The translations under genes were made by a program, and so were the position numbers. A stretch of DNA of 64,000 bases, from assembly GCA_030748735.1 (NCBI GenBank), contig JASMLK010000115.1, positions 354 to 64,353 on the forward strand, in the 5' to 3' direction. The notes under the pieces were generated by a model. The model saw only the letters and a program-made list of their open reading frames with translations, was not told where the DNA came from and did not search any database. Of this stretch, positions 27,218 through 37,838 are shown piece after piece. Within the stretch, counting starts at the first letter, position 1, and every line of letters starts with the position of its first letter. This stretch comes from Myxococcota bacterium (GTDB lineage Bacteria > Myxococcota_A > UBA9160 > UBA4427).

Positions 27218-29656
27218 TCAGTGTCGCCTCTTTGCCGCCCTCAACTCAACACGATCGATCTCGCCGGTGAACGCAAACCCGGCTGGATAGTGGCCGGCGG
27301 GGGAGCCCGTGTCGGTCCCGACGTCGAAGGTCTCGTCGATCGAAAAGAAGACCGGAACGCTCTGCTCGATCCGCCCCTCTGCGACCTTGCTTCCCGAAAC
27401 GCGCAGCTCGAGGTCGGCACCACGCCCCCACTTGCGGCGATCCTCTCGCGGGGCTTCGTCATAGTCGAAGCGAAGTTCGACCGTTGCGGGGCCGGGAGGC
27501 AAGGGAGCGTCTCCTACGATCGTGGTCCAGGTCTTGCCGAACAGGTTGTAGACATAGGCCGGCCGCCCCTCCTCGGTGAGGTAGAGCGCCCAACCCGAAA
27601 CCACACCCCCTTGCGTCGCCAGCACGCCCGAAGCGCCCGCCTCGGGAATGACCACTTCGGCAATCACGCGATGGTCGCGGTTCTTGAGGTCGGGAATCGC
27701 CGAATCGTGGATGCCCACCGCCCCGGCGTAGTAGGTCGCTCGGTCACGCCCTTCGCCCAGCTTCGGAATGGGATCCCCACCAGCCGGTCGCCCGCTATAG
27801 GGAAGCACCTGATGCCGACCGGCTTCGGCCCAGAAGAGGTTCTGCAGGTGCTGCAGGCGTTCGGGCTCTTCGGCCGCGAGGTCCCGCGACTGGCTGAAGT
27901 CGCTCCGCAGGTCGTACAACTCCCAGACTTCCGGTCCGGTCGCGGACGAAAACGAAGTGAGGCTCACCCATGGCACGCGCGCGCGATTGCGCGTCGAAGC
28001 CATCCACCCCTGGTGGTAGAGCGCTCGGTTGCCCAGCACCTCGAAGTACTGGGTTTCGTGCCGTTCGGGCGCCTTCGCGTCGTCGAAGCTGTAGACGAGA
28101 CTCGTCCCATCCATCGGTCGCTGGGTCACCCCGTTGACGACAGCGGGGGCCGGCACGCCGACGGCCTCGAGGATGGTCGGGACGATGTCGTTCACATGCC
28201 CGAACTGGGTTCGCAGACCGCCGCGACTGCGCATCCCTTCGGGCCAACTCACGACGAGTGGATTGCGGGTGCCGCCGAGATGCGACGCCACCTGCTTCAC
28301 CCACTGGAACGGCGCGTTGGTCGCCCACGCCCAACCCGCGGAGTAATGCGGGTACGAAGTCGTGCCACCCAGCTCGTCGAATCGCGCGAGGATCTCGGCC
28401 GGCGTTTGAACGACACCCTGGATCCGCCCCATCTCGTTCCAGGTTCCGTAGTCGCCGCCCCCTTCCCCACTGCCGCCGTTGTCGCCCACGACGTAGAGCA
28501 CCAGGGTGTCGTCGAACGCGTCGATCTCGCGCAGCGATTCGAAGACGCGACCGACCTGCTCATCGGTATGCGCGAGGAAGGCGGCGTAGATCTCCATCAG
28601 CCGCGCCGATACGCGTTGTTCGTCGGGCGCGAGGCTTTCCCATGCGCGCAGTTCGGGGGGCCTCGGTGTGAGGACCGCGTCCTTCGGGACCACCCCAATC
28701 TTCTTCTGCCGTTCGAAGGTGCGCTCGCGCTCTTCGTCCCAACCGTGATCGAAGGCTCCGGCGAATCTCTCGATCCACTCCTTTGGAGCGTGAAGCGGTG
28801 CATGGGTCGCGCCGGGTGCCACGTAGACGAGGAACGGTTGCTCGGGGCGAAGCGACTTCTGCAACCGGATCCATTCGATGGCGCGATCCGCGAGATCGCT
28901 GGTCACGTGATAGTCGTCGCCCGGCGGACGCGGTACCTGCTGCGTTCCAGCGAAGAGCGTCGGCTCGAACTGATGCGTCTCGCCTCCCAGAAAGCCGTAG
29001 AAGGTTTCGAAGCCCATGCCGGTGGGCCAGCGATCGAACGGGCCCGTGGGTGAGGCTTCGTGGTCGGGGGTGAGATGCCACTTGCCGAAGGCCGCCGTCG
29101 CGTAGCCGTGGTGGCGGAGGATTTCGGCGATCGTCGCGGTTTCGTCCGTCATCAAACCCGCGCGACCGCGGTAGGGCTGCACGCTGTTCAGCACCGAGCC
29201 CACCCCCGCAGCGTGGGAATTGCGGCCGGTCAGCAGCGATGCGCGGGTTGGCGAACAAATCGCCGTCGTGTGGAAGCGGTTGTAGCGGAGCCCGCGGTCG
29301 GCGAGACGTTCGAGATGAGGCGTTGGAGTGGCCCCTCCGAAAGTCGACGCGGCCGCGAAACCGACATCGTCGAGCAGCACCACCACGACGTTGGGCGCAC
29401 CTTCGGGCGCCTGCCGGGTCGCGAACTCGTGACGCGGGACTTCGCCCACGGTCAGCCCCACCGGCCCCGCTTCGATGAGCACCGGCGCCGGCAGGACCTG
29501 GCCATCTACAGGGCGCGCCTCGGCCCTCGAGGCACTGGCGACCGGCAGCATCACGAGCACGAACGAAACGATGATGTGCAGAGCGAAACCAACTCGAGTG
29601 GCGCTGTCTCGTTTCAAGTCATGACCTCGTGGCGTAAAGGGGGGTGGAGCGGTCAT
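27218..29656 (-). CDS. Arylsulfatase (type I sulfatase, formylglycine-dependent)
   Basis: Sulfatase signature TTAICSPTRASLLTGRNSHAAG (C-x-P-x-R). Likely start MTAPPPF at 29656, with a signal/TM segment. Confidence 0.85.
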   Translation of the reverse strand: MTAPPPFTPRGHDLKRDSATRVGFALHIIVSFVLVMLPVASASRAEARPVDGQVLPAPVLIEAGPVGLTVGEVPRHEFATRQAPEGAPNVVVVLLDDVGFAAASTFGGATPTPHLERLADRGLRYNRFHTTAICSPTRASLLTGRNSHAAGVGSVLNSVQPYRGRAGLMTDETATIAEILRHHGYATAAFGKWHLTPDHEASPTGPFDRWPTGMGFETFYGFLGGETHQFEPTLFAGTQQVPRPPGDDYHVTSDLADRAIEWIRLQKSLRPEQPFLVYVAPGATHAPLHAPKEWIERFAGAFDHGWDEERERTFERQKKIGVVPKDAVLTPRPPELRAWESLAPDEQRVSARLMEIYAAFLAHTDEQVGRVFESLREIDAFDDTLVLYVVGDNGGSGEGGGDYGTWNEMGRIQGVVQTPAEILARFDELGGTTSYPHYSAGWAWATNAPFQWVKQVASHLGGTRNPLVVSWPEGMRSRGGLRTQFGHVNDIVPTILEAVGVPAPAVVNGVTQRPMDGTSLVYSFDDAKAPERHETQYFEVLGNRALYHQGWMASTRNRARVPWVSLTSFSSATGPEVWELYDLRSDFSQSRDLAAEEPERLQHLQNLFWAEAGRHQVLPYSGRPAGGDPIPKLGEGRDRATYYAGAVGIHDSAIPDLKNRDHRVIAEVVIPEAGASGVLATQGGVVSGWALYLTEEGRPAYVYNLFGKTWTTIVGDAPLPPGPATVELRFDYDEAPREDRRKWGRGADLELRVSGSKVAEGRIEQSVPVFFSIDETFDVGTDTGSPAGHYPAGFAFTGEIDRVELRAAKRRH

Positions 29657-29820
29657 CGATTCCCGATCGTGACAGGGCACTGAGCACGGGCGACTCGCGA
29701 TTCGGCGCGGCCCGCCCGCTGTGACGCCCCGCCGCGCTCGCTGCACCGATAGCAACCCGATCCGAGCATGATGAGCGCCGCGAGTTTACCCGGCGCCGAC
29801 CGAATCGTTAGACTGAAGGC

Positions 29821-30777
29821 ATGCAATCCACTCGACGCACTCTCTCCTCGTTGTTGGCGCTCGCGACCCTCATCGCAGCCGCCGTCACCTCGTCACCAAC
29901 CGTCGCACTCGCCGAGAAGTTCTATGAGGACGTCCGGCGGATCGATCAGGCCCTGAGGACCAACCCCAACAAGGTGATCGATCAGGCCATCGAGAGTTGT
30001 CGCGTGCGACGCAACGCGGCGATGAAGCTCTACGAAGTCGGCCAGCACACCCGCGCCGAGCGGCGACTCCGGCACTGCTTCGACACGCTGCAGATCCCAC
30101 TGGAAGTCAAGAAGGCCGTCGTCAAGGTGCCCACGCCCGAAGAACTGCGCGCCAAGGCCGCCAAGGAAATCGAGCGCGCGCTCACCCTCCAGCCGAACGC
30201 CGAAGACGGCTTGAAGATCTACCGCGAATGCGCGGCATGCCACATGCCCGAGGGTTGGGGCTATACGACTGGCCTGGTGCCACAACTGGCCGGACAGCAT
30301 CGTCAGGTCATCATCAAGCAGCTCGCCGACATCCGCGCCGGCAACCGCGAAAACCCGCTGATGGAACCCTACTCATCGGTCGAGAGCATCGGGGGCGCAC
30401 AGGCGATCGCCGACGTGGCCGAGTACATCGACACCCTCGAGATCACCATCGAAAACGGCAAGGGCGACGGCTCGGACCTCGCACTCGGCAAGAAGCTCTA
30501 CGAGGCGAACTGCGTGCGTTGCCACGGCGCCGACGGTGCGGGCGACCCCGAGAAGTACATCCCGCGCATCCAGGCACAGCACTACAAGTACCTGGTCCGC
30601 CAGCTGGAGCGAATGCTGGAAGGCAAGCGAAAGAATGCGGACCCCGAGATGCTCGCCCAGGTCAAGGGTTTCAATCCCAGCGAACTCGACGCGATCCTCG
30701 ACTACGTGTCGCGCCTCACGCCGCCCGAAGAACTGCAGGCGCCGCCCGGCTGGACGAACCCAGACTTCGCCCAGTAG
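29821..30777 (+). CDS. Dihaem c-type cytochrome with an N-terminal helical extension
   Basis: Signal peptide and two CxxCH motifs (CAACHMPEG, CVRCHGADG). Confidence 0.8.
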   Translation: MQSTRRTLSSLLALATLIAAAVTSSPTVALAEKFYEDVRRIDQALRTNPNKVIDQAIESCRVRRNAAMKLYEVGQHTRAERRLRHCFDTLQIPLEVKKAVVKVPTPEELRAKAAKEIERALTLQPNAEDGLKIYRECAACHMPEGWGYTTGLVPQLAGQHRQVIIKQLADIRAGNRENPLMEPYSSVESIGGAQAIADVAEYIDTLEITIENGKGDGSDLALGKKLYEANCVRCHGADGAGDPEKYIPRIQAQHYKYLVRQLERMLEGKRKNADPEMLAQVKGFNPSELDAILDYVSRLTPPEELQAPPGWTNPDFAQ

Positions 30778-30781
30778 CGGG

Positions 30782-31057
30782 TCAGAGCCCGAGGTCGCTC
30801 AGCGAATCGGCGATGCGGCCCGTGAACATGGTGAGCTTCGGGTGGCGTTCTTCGAAGCGCTCGAGCGCCGCGCGCAGGCGCTCGACGACGGCCGACGTCG
30901 GCGGAGCCGCGGGTTCTTCGAGGATGCGTGCGAGTTCGGCCTGAACCTCCTCGAGTTCGGGAACGTCGCTGCGTACCGCGTCGGCATCGTCGACGTTGCG
31001 CAGCTCACCGAGGAGTTGACCCAATTGATCGTGAAGTCGTCGTGTTCTTTCCGGCAT
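30782..31057 (-). CDS. Small helical protein (DUF4404-like)
   Basis: 91-aa ORF. The pattern LHDQLGQLLGELRNVDDAD...ERLRAALERFEERHPKLT resembles DUF4404. Confidence 0.5.
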   Translation of the reverse strand: MPERTRRLHDQLGQLLGELRNVDDADAVRSDVPELEEVQAELARILEEPAAPPTSAVVERLRAALERFEERHPKLTMFTGRIADSLSDLGL

Positions 31058-31276
31058 GACTTCAGAATAACAGGCAAGCCGCGCGCGTGCGCGCGGACCG
31101 CGAACCCGTGCGGTTTACGGATCGAGACTCGGCCGCGCGAGCGATTCAGCGACCAGGTTCGAAACGACCTCGCGTGAACGCACGCTGAGCGGGTTTGCTT
31201 GTCCAGAAGCTCCACACGGCGACCCGCTGTTGCCTGCCGACGAGCCGGGTGTTTCAGCGCGGGCGCGAGTGCGGAG

Positions 31277-31708
31277 CTACTCAGCGCCCTCCGCGAAGAG
31301 CGTGACGAAGTCGAGCGAAGAGAGGATGCCGACGATGGCGTCCCCCTCGACGACGATCAGATGGTGGATGCGGTCTTCGGACATCATCCTCGCGGCCTGC
31401 TCGAGCGGTGCAGATGCTTCGATCGTGGATGGTTCTGGATTCGCGATCTCCCACGCTCGCGCGGTGTAGGGGTCACCGCCGACGTAGTCGAAACGCGTGA
31501 TGTCCGACTTGGTGATGATGCCGACCGTATCGCCGCCTTCCGACACCAACGGCGCCGCACCGATGCGCTCGACGTCGAAGATCCCCGCGACTTCGCTGAC
31601 GTACGTGTCGCGATGAATCGTCTGCACACACCGGCTCATGACACTGCGGACGGTCGGCACTGGCTTCACCTCGGGCGAGTGATGAACGCCAGACAATACG
31701 CCTGACAC
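31277..31708 (-). CDS. CBS-domain pair protein
   Basis: Two CBS repeats (VMSRCVQTIHRDTYVSEVAGIF...GIITKSDI ; ...AARMMSEDRIHHLIVVEGDAIVGILSSLD). Confidence 0.8.
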   Translation of the reverse strand: MSGVLSGVHHSPEVKPVPTVRSVMSRCVQTIHRDTYVSEVAGIFDVERIGAAPLVSEGGDTVGIITKSDITRFDYVGGDPYTARAWEIANPEPSTIEASAPLEQAARMMSEDRIHHLIVVEGDAIVGILSSLDFVTLFAEGAE

Positions 31709-31828
31709 CTCTGCCGCGTGCCGCGTGAATCTGCCTGCCGCGATTCGATTCGCTGACGAAACTGCGCTGATTCGATCAGTTTCGAAACAGCCAAAGCCAC
31801 CAACACCGACACCATACGTGATTCTCGG

Positions 31829-33166
31829 CTAGCGATTCGTCAGCGCATCGCGAATCGCGTAGTCGCGCTTCAGGTTCCGGGCGGCGAGAACGAACATCGC
31901 GATGCCGATCGACGAGATGCCCGCGACGATCAGCATCGCGTAGCGAAGACCGTCGTCTCCGTACTGCTCGCTGAGCACGTCGCTCAAGAAGCCCGCGACG
32001 AGTGGCCCCATCCCCAGGCCGATCAGATTGAGGATGAAGAACAGTACGGCCGACGTCAGTGCGCGCATGGCCGGGGGCACCAGCGCGTGACAGATGGCGA
32101 GGCACGGCCCGAGGTACGTGTTGATCAACACGGAAACGACGAACACGAGGGGAACCACGACCCACGTGGTGTCGAGGAGCAAGTATGGAATGGCCACGAC
32201 CATGGCGAGCGCGCCGCAGACCGCAGGTAGCCACATGTACCAGCGGTAGTCGCGAGAGGCGAGCCCGTCGGAGAGACGCCCGCCGAGCAGCGTGCCGACG
32301 AGGCCCCCTCCACCACCACCCAACGCGAGGATCAGCCCGAGTTCTGCACCGGTGATCCCGTGACTGCGCTCCAGGAACAGGGGCGTGAAGTTTCCGTTTC
32401 CATAGCCCGCGAAGGCCGTGAGTCCCGTGCCCATCGCGATGTACCAGAAGGAGCGGTAGCGACGCAGCAAGGTCAGGGTTTCGCCCAGTGACGGTTGATA
32501 GGCCGCGGCCTGCGTCGACTCGAAGCGCCCTCGCTGCGGCTCGCGCACGGTCAGAAAGAAGATCGCCGCGAACACCAGGCCGGGGATTCCCACGACCATG
32601 AAGGCCATTCGCCAGCCGAAGAACTGCTCCACCGTCCCGCCGATCACGAAACCCGCAAAGACTCCGAGATGCAGTCCGGCCGAATAGATCGACATCGCGG
32701 TCGCACGACGTTCGGGCGGGTAGTAGTCGCTGATGATCGCGTGGGCGGGCGGGCTGCCGCCGGCTTCACCGATACCCACGCCGATGCGCGCGAGCAACAG
32801 TTGGAAGTAGTTGGTCGCCAAACCAGACAGCGCCGTCATCCCGCTCCAGACCGCGATCGCCAACGCGATGATGTTCTTGCGATTGCCACGGTCGGCCCAG
32901 TAGGCGATGGGGATACCGGCCGTGATGTAGACCAGGGCGAACGAAAAGCCGGAAAGCAAGCCAAGCTGCGTATCCGACAACCCCATTTCAGCCTTGATCG
33001 GCCCCTGCAGGATCACCAGGATCTGACGGTCGATGAAGTTGAGCGCATAGGCGATCGTGAGCAGCACGAGTGCGTAACGTGCGGCGCCCGACTCGGCGCT
33101 CGCGGTCGCTTCGGATTCCCCGCCGGATGCATGGCGGTCTTCGGAACCAGGCGTTTCGGTGCTCAA
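31829..33166 (-). CDS. MFS transporter
   Basis: 12-TM-type hydrophobic profile. MFS loop motif near TM2-3 (GIPIAYWADRGNRKN). Confidence 0.85.
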   Translation of the reverse strand: MSTETPGSEDRHASGGESEATASAESGAARYALVLLTIAYALNFIDRQILVILQGPIKAEMGLSDTQLGLLSGFSFALVYITAGIPIAYWADRGNRKNIIALAIAVWSGMTALSGLATNYFQLLLARIGVGIGEAGGSPPAHAIISDYYPPERRATAMSIYSAGLHLGVFAGFVIGGTVEQFFGWRMAFMVVGIPGLVFAAIFFLTVREPQRGRFESTQAAAYQPSLGETLTLLRRYRSFWYIAMGTGLTAFAGYGNGNFTPLFLERSHGITGAELGLILALGGGGGGLVGTLLGGRLSDGLASRDYRWYMWLPAVCGALAMVVAIPYLLLDTTWVVVPLVFVVSVLINTYLGPCLAICHALVPPAMRALTSAVLFFILNLIGLGMGPLVAGFLSDVLSEQYGDDGLRYAMLIVAGISSIGIAMFVLAARNLKRDYAIRDALTNR

Positions 33167-33428
33167 GAAGGGGGCTCCAAGCTCTCCAGCGCAAACAGCG
33201 GTGGCGAACGGCTAGCGGTATGTGGCGAGCGCTCATGCGGCCCGCCATGAGCCGCACGATGGCTACGCATGTTCGCGAACTCGAGCCGCGGAGTCACCCA
33301 GGCGCGCGGACGGCCTGGCACGCCGTTCAGTTCAGAATGCAGAGTTCTCGGATCGCCATGCGACCGCGCTCGCTGGCAGATCATGACTCGCCCGGTACGG
33401 TACGCGCAGGCACCGGGGGACCGCGAAC

Positions 33429-34472
33429 ATGAACGAAGGCTGGAACGAAGAACGAGCAGCCACCTGGCAGCGTGAACGCGGCTGGCTGGTCGGCTGCAAC
33501 TTCACACCGAGCAGCGCGTCGAATCCGCTCGAGATGTGGCAGGCGTCGACCTTCGATCTGCCTACGATCGAACGCGAAATCGGGCTCGCCGCCGACGTGG
33601 GCTTCAACAGTCTTCGCATCTTCCTGCACGATCTCGCCTGGGAACGAGACCCCGGCGGTTTCTGTGATCGATTCGAAGCCGTGCTCGCGGCTGCGGCGCG
33701 GCGCGGCGTCAGCGTGATGCCCGTGTTCTTCGACGGTGTCTGGAACCCGCACCCCAAGGCCGGCCCACAGCCCGAACCCCGCCATCGAGTCCACAACTCG
33801 GGTTGGGTACAGAGCCCCGGTGCGGACGTGCTTGCGGATTCGGCGCGTCAGGATGCACTCGAAGCCTACGTCACCGACGTGATGAATCGTTTTCGCGACG
33901 ACGCACGCATCGACGTCTGGGACCTCTTCAACGAACCCGACAGTCCGAACCTCGCCTACCGGAACCACGAGATCCCGGACAAGTCAGCACGAGCTTTCGA
34001 GCTACTCGAAAAGACCTTCGACTGGGCGCGCGCGGTCGACCCGGTGCAACCGCTCACCGCAGGCGTCTGGCAAGGCGACTGGGATGACCCGGATGAACTC
34101 TCCGACGTCTCACGACTCAGCCTCGAAGCTTCCGACGTGATTTCCTTTCACTGCTACGGCAACCTCGCCGACCTCAGCGCACGCACCGAAGCTCTGCGCC
34201 GCTACCGCCGCCCTCTCCTCTGCACCGAGTTCATGGCGCGCACGCTGGGGAGCACCTTCGATCCGCATCTCGGTTGGATGAAGGAGAACGGTGTCTCCGC
34301 CTGGTGCTGGGGCTTCGTCGCGGGACGTACCCAGACGCAGTACCCCTGGGATTCCTGGATCAACACCTACGAAGACGAACCCGACCCGTGGTTCCACGAC
34401 GTGCTTCGTCCGGACGGAACACCGTACGACCCTGCCGAGACTGCCTACATTCACTCGATCACGCGTGAATAG
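33429..34472 (+). CDS. Glycoside hydrolase, GH5-like (beta/alpha)8 barrel
   Basis: GFNSLRIFLH, DLFNEPD (the NEP acid/base motif), and FMARTLGSTF around the predicted nucleophile region (CTEF). Specificity unknown. Confidence 0.6.
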   Translation: MNEGWNEERAATWQRERGWLVGCNFTPSSASNPLEMWQASTFDLPTIEREIGLAADVGFNSLRIFLHDLAWERDPGGFCDRFEAVLAAAARRGVSVMPVFFDGVWNPHPKAGPQPEPRHRVHNSGWVQSPGADVLADSARQDALEAYVTDVMNRFRDDARIDVWDLFNEPDSPNLAYRNHEIPDKSARAFELLEKTFDWARAVDPVQPLTAGVWQGDWDDPDELSDVSRLSLEASDVISFHCYGNLADLSARTEALRRYRRPLLCTEFMARTLGSTFDPHLGWMKENGVSAWCWGFVAGRTQTQYPWDSWINTYEDEPDPWFHDVLRPDGTPYDPAETAYIHSITRE

Positions 34473-34600
34473 ACGACTCGCCGAGCCACTCGTGAGACTG
34501 CCAAAGCGCCCTCCTCACGCGTCGGGCAGTTGGACTAGATTTCGCGTTCGCGCCCTCCAACCTCGCCCGCCCCAACCACCTCGAACGACGGAGCCCCTCG

Positions 34601-35470
34601 ATGACTGCAGCAGGAACGATCGCTTCGATTCACCGCTATCCAGTGAAGAGCATGCAGGGCGAAACACTCGACGAGGTATTCGTCGGTACGAATGGTGTCG
34701 CGGGCGATCGCGCGTGGGCGGTGCGAAACGAAAAACGCGGCGGCATTCAGGGGGCAAAGCAGATCGCCGGGTTGATGCGCTGTCGTGCTCGCTTCCTGGA
34801 AGAGCCGGCACCCGACGCGACTGTGCCCATCCCGGAGGTCACCCTCAGTGACGGCGCCTGCTTTCGTGCCGACGACGAGACGGCCGCCTCGAAGCTCTCG
34901 GCCGATGTCAGAGCCGAAGTCACGCTGTGGCCGTTGCTCCCGCCCGAGATGCAAGATCACTATCGGCGGCTCCCCCCCGAAGATCCGGAACAGGACATGG
35001 GCGAAGCACTCCGCGAGATGTTCGGCCGCGAACCCGACGAGCCGATCCCGGACCTCGCAAGATTCCCACCCGACCTGTTCGAGTACGAGACCCCTCCCGG
35101 GACCTACTTCGATGCCTTTCCTTTGCTGCTCATGAGCCAGGCTTCTCTCGATTCCATGGCAGCCAGCACGCCCGGATCGCGTTTCGATGTCCGCCGCTTC
35201 CGCCCCAACTTCCTGATCGATGGCGCCCCCGGTGCAGGACATCCCGAATTCGACTGGGAGGGTCGCCACCTCGAAGTCGGCGACGCCGTGCTCGCCCTCG
35301 AATTCCGCTGCCCACGCTGCGTGATGACCACCCACGCTTTCGACGACCTCCCGAAGGATCCGAAGGTGATGCGCGCACTCGTGCGCGAGACGGGAGGAAA
35401 CCTCGGCATCTACGCCCGGGTCGAAACACCCGGCAAGATCAGTGTCGGTGACGCCGTCGTGCTTCGGTAA
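34601..35470 (+). CDS. MOSC domain-containing protein
   Basis: IASIHRYPVKSMQGETLDEV...GDRAW (MOSC N-terminal beta-barrel). C-terminal MOSC domain with a conserved Cys (RCPRCVMT). Confidence 0.8.
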   Translation: MTAAGTIASIHRYPVKSMQGETLDEVFVGTNGVAGDRAWAVRNEKRGGIQGAKQIAGLMRCRARFLEEPAPDATVPIPEVTLSDGACFRADDETAASKLSADVRAEVTLWPLLPPEMQDHYRRLPPEDPEQDMGEALREMFGREPDEPIPDLARFPPDLFEYETPPGTYFDAFPLLLMSQASLDSMAASTPGSRFDVRRFRPNFLIDGAPGAGHPEFDWEGRHLEVGDAVLALEFRCPRCVMTTHAFDDLPKDPKVMRALVRETGGNLGIYARVETPGKISVGDAVVLR

Positions 35471-35562
35471 CTCCGCGGCCAACCACCACGAGCACCGACT
35501 CGAAAGAGGTCCCGTGCGGCGTTCGCTGTTCTGGCTCTTGGATGAATACCCCGATCGCGGTG

Positions 35563-35718
35563 ACACTGATTCAGGCTACTCGTCGCAACCACGATCATTT
35601 CGCGCTCGGCCTTGGTGAGATTCCCCGGCTGGTCCATGAGCGCGTCGTGGTAGGCAAAGAAGGCGCGGAACTCGTCGGGACGATGCGCCAGGGCGAGCCT
35701 CTTCTTCGACACTGGCAA
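35563..35718 (-). pseudogene. Internal fragment of a carboxymuconolactone decarboxylase / AhpD-like (peroxidase-related) gene
   Basis: Only about 52 aa (..LALAHRPDEFRAFFAYHDALMDQPGNLTKAEREMIVVATSSLNQC) resemble the family. Similarity stops just after the first Cys of the CxxC region, and the rest of ORF 35410..35718 is Arg-rich and overlaps the MOSC gene. The frame is closed by a TGA about 21 codons upstream of the TTG, inside the 3' end of the LLM gene. Confidence 0.5.
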
Positions 35719-35743
35719 CTTCCCCCGAGCCAGCGAACGCGCC

Positions 35744-36610
35744 TCAGCTGACCTTCGAAATGACGTTCTCCGCGAAGGCCTTCATGTTGTCGGCGGGGTT
35801 CCCCTTCCCGAGTGCGGGAAGCATGACGACCAGCCGGCTCACACCCATTTCGGTGTAGCGCTCGACGTCCGAGAGATCGGCGGCGTTCGGGAACCACATC
35901 GACGTGACCTGGATGTCGGCGCGGTCCCGACCGACTTCCTTGCACGCTGCATCGAGTTCACCCATGAGCGGTGCAAGTTGATCGGGACTCGCGGTCGGCG
36001 CGAACCAACCGTTGCCATAGCGGGCCGTGCGCTCGAACGCCTTGCCCTTGGTGCCGCCGATCACGACCGGAAAGGGGTCCTGCACCGGCGCCGGCTTGCT
36101 CTTGAAGCCCGACCAATCGATGTACTCGCTCTTGTGTTCGACGACTTCACCGGACCAGATCTTCCGCATCGCCTGGATGTAGTCATCGAAGCGGGCACCG
36201 CGCTTTTCGAAGGGTGTGCCCGCCGCCACGAACTCTTCGCGAAGCCAACCGATCCCGATGCCGAGTTCGAAGCGCCCGTTCGAGACGAAGTCCAGACTCG
36301 CCGCCTGCTTGGCCACGTAGAGCGGGTTGGCCTGCGGGAGGATATTGACGCCCGTACCCAGGCGAATCGTCTTCGTCTGCGCGGCAACGGCCGTGAGCGC
36401 GATCAGCGGGTCCACGAAGTTGGCGTCGGGGTCGACGCCCATCTTGCCGGTCGGGCTGTAGGGATACTTCGACTGGTAATCGAGGGGTACGATCGCGTGT
36501 TCGAAGGTCCAGACCGACTCGAAGCCGACGCTCTCGGCGAGCTGCGCCATGCCAACCATCGCCTCGGCGTTCGGGACACCGACGTTGACGGGAATGAGTC
36601 CGATTTTCAT
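35744..36610 (-). CDS. LLM-class F420/flavin-dependent oxidoreductase
   Basis: MKIGLIPVNVG...AESVGFESVWTFEH...RLGTGVNILPQANPLYVAKQAASLDFVSNGRFELGIGIGW, the luciferase-like family pattern. Confidence 0.85.
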   Translation of the reverse strand: MKIGLIPVNVGVPNAEAMVGMAQLAESVGFESVWTFEHAIVPLDYQSKYPYSPTGKMGVDPDANFVDPLIALTAVAAQTKTIRLGTGVNILPQANPLYVAKQAASLDFVSNGRFELGIGIGWLREEFVAAGTPFEKRGARFDDYIQAMRKIWSGEVVEHKSEYIDWSGFKSKPAPVQDPFPVVIGGTKGKAFERTARYGNGWFAPTASPDQLAPLMGELDAACKEVGRDRADIQVTSMWFPNAADLSDVERYTEMGVSRLVVMLPALGKGNPADNMKAFAENVISKVS

Positions 36611-36769
36611 GTGGGGCTCCGATCAAGGAAAGGAAGTTTCACAGCCACGGGGGCGTAGCTCGCGCACGGCCCAGAAAGGTAGCGCCGACGCTAGCCCTCG
36701 AACCTCGAAACGACGATCATCTCCTGATCGCCCGGGGCGCCCGGGCGACATCGCGAGGAGCAACATTCG

Positions 36770-37810
36770 ATGTATCGCGGAACGTATACGCTCGTGGGTT
36801 CTGAACTCAGCATGTTCACCCGCAAGCTGGAAGCGCAGCTTCGCTACCAGAACATCCCGTACGAATGGGCGTACAAGGGGATCTCCGATGGCTCCGAGTG
36901 GGAAAAGCGGGCCGGCACCCGGTTCATTCCGCTGTTGGAAACGCCTGACGGCTGGCTCATCAACGACACGATCGCGATTGGCCCGATGCTGAGCGATCGG
37001 TTCGGCGAGGCGCCGGTCGTACCGTCCACGCCGATCCAACGAGCCGCGTGCTTCGTCCTGGAAGACTATTTCAATCACTGGTTTCCGCGACACGCCCTGC
37101 ACTCTCGCTGGGTCGACCTCGACAATGCCACCCATGCAGGCCGGTGCTTTGGCACCAACATGCTTCTCGGCAAGAGCATCGACGAAGCGCTGACCGATGA
37201 AGAAGCGGCGAAGGTGGCGGGCATGGGCACCATGATGCGCGATTCCTTCGGGCTGGGCGCCTGCGACATCCAGGGTGCCGGTGCCGACAAAGCCGTCGAA
37301 GTACAGAACGACTTCGACCAGATGATGGACCTGTTCAAGCAGCACTTCGCGGCTCACGACTTTCTGCTCGGCGATCGTGCATGCATCGCGGATTTCGCCC
37401 TCGTGGGTCCCGCGAAGGCGCATTTCATACAGGACCCACTGCCGCTCGCCTGGCTCGCCGCGCGAGACAACGAAAAGATGCTGACTGCGTACGTCGACCG
37501 TGTCTGGAACGATGACGAAGCCCATAAGAACTACCTGGCCGACGATCAGATCCCGGCCACGCTGACCCCGATCTTCGAACACGCCAAGGCGAACTACCAG
37601 GCGTTCGCCAGAGCGAGCATTCAGGCGGCCATGAACGGCGAGAAGACCTTCGACCTCGACCTTGGCCACGGCGTGTTCACGGCTCGCTCGATGAAGCGCC
37701 TCGACAAAGCGCGACTGCACGTGCGAGACGAGATCCAGGGGTTGGCGCTCGCCGGTTCGGTGCTCGAGGCGTTCGGCGTACTGGCGCTATACGAGCCGGA
37801 GCGGTTGTAG
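36770..37810 (+). CDS. Glutathione S-transferase-like protein (long form)
   Basis: Thioredoxin-like N-domain (S..FTRKLEAQLRYQNIPYEW...IPLLETPDGWLINDTIAI) plus a helical C-domain. Paralogous to 46470..47624. Confidence 0.7.
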   Translation: MYRGTYTLVGSELSMFTRKLEAQLRYQNIPYEWAYKGISDGSEWEKRAGTRFIPLLETPDGWLINDTIAIGPMLSDRFGEAPVVPSTPIQRAACFVLEDYFNHWFPRHALHSRWVDLDNATHAGRCFGTNMLLGKSIDEALTDEEAAKVAGMGTMMRDSFGLGACDIQGAGADKAVEVQNDFDQMMDLFKQHFAAHDFLLGDRACIADFALVGPAKAHFIQDPLPLAWLAARDNEKMLTAYVDRVWNDDEAHKNYLADDQIPATLTPIFEHAKANYQAFARASIQAAMNGEKTFDLDLGHGVFTARSMKRLDKARLHVRDEIQGLALAGSVLEAFGVLALYEPERL

Positions 37811-37838
37811 ACGGCCGCGTTCACGAACTCCGCGGGTA

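Noticed and set aside
35563-35718. The AhpD/CMD-like fragment as a third selenoprotein (AhpD-like Sec families exist).
   Set aside because: There is no in-frame TGA at or near the CxxC position. The sequence after the first Cys has no family resemblance in any frame.
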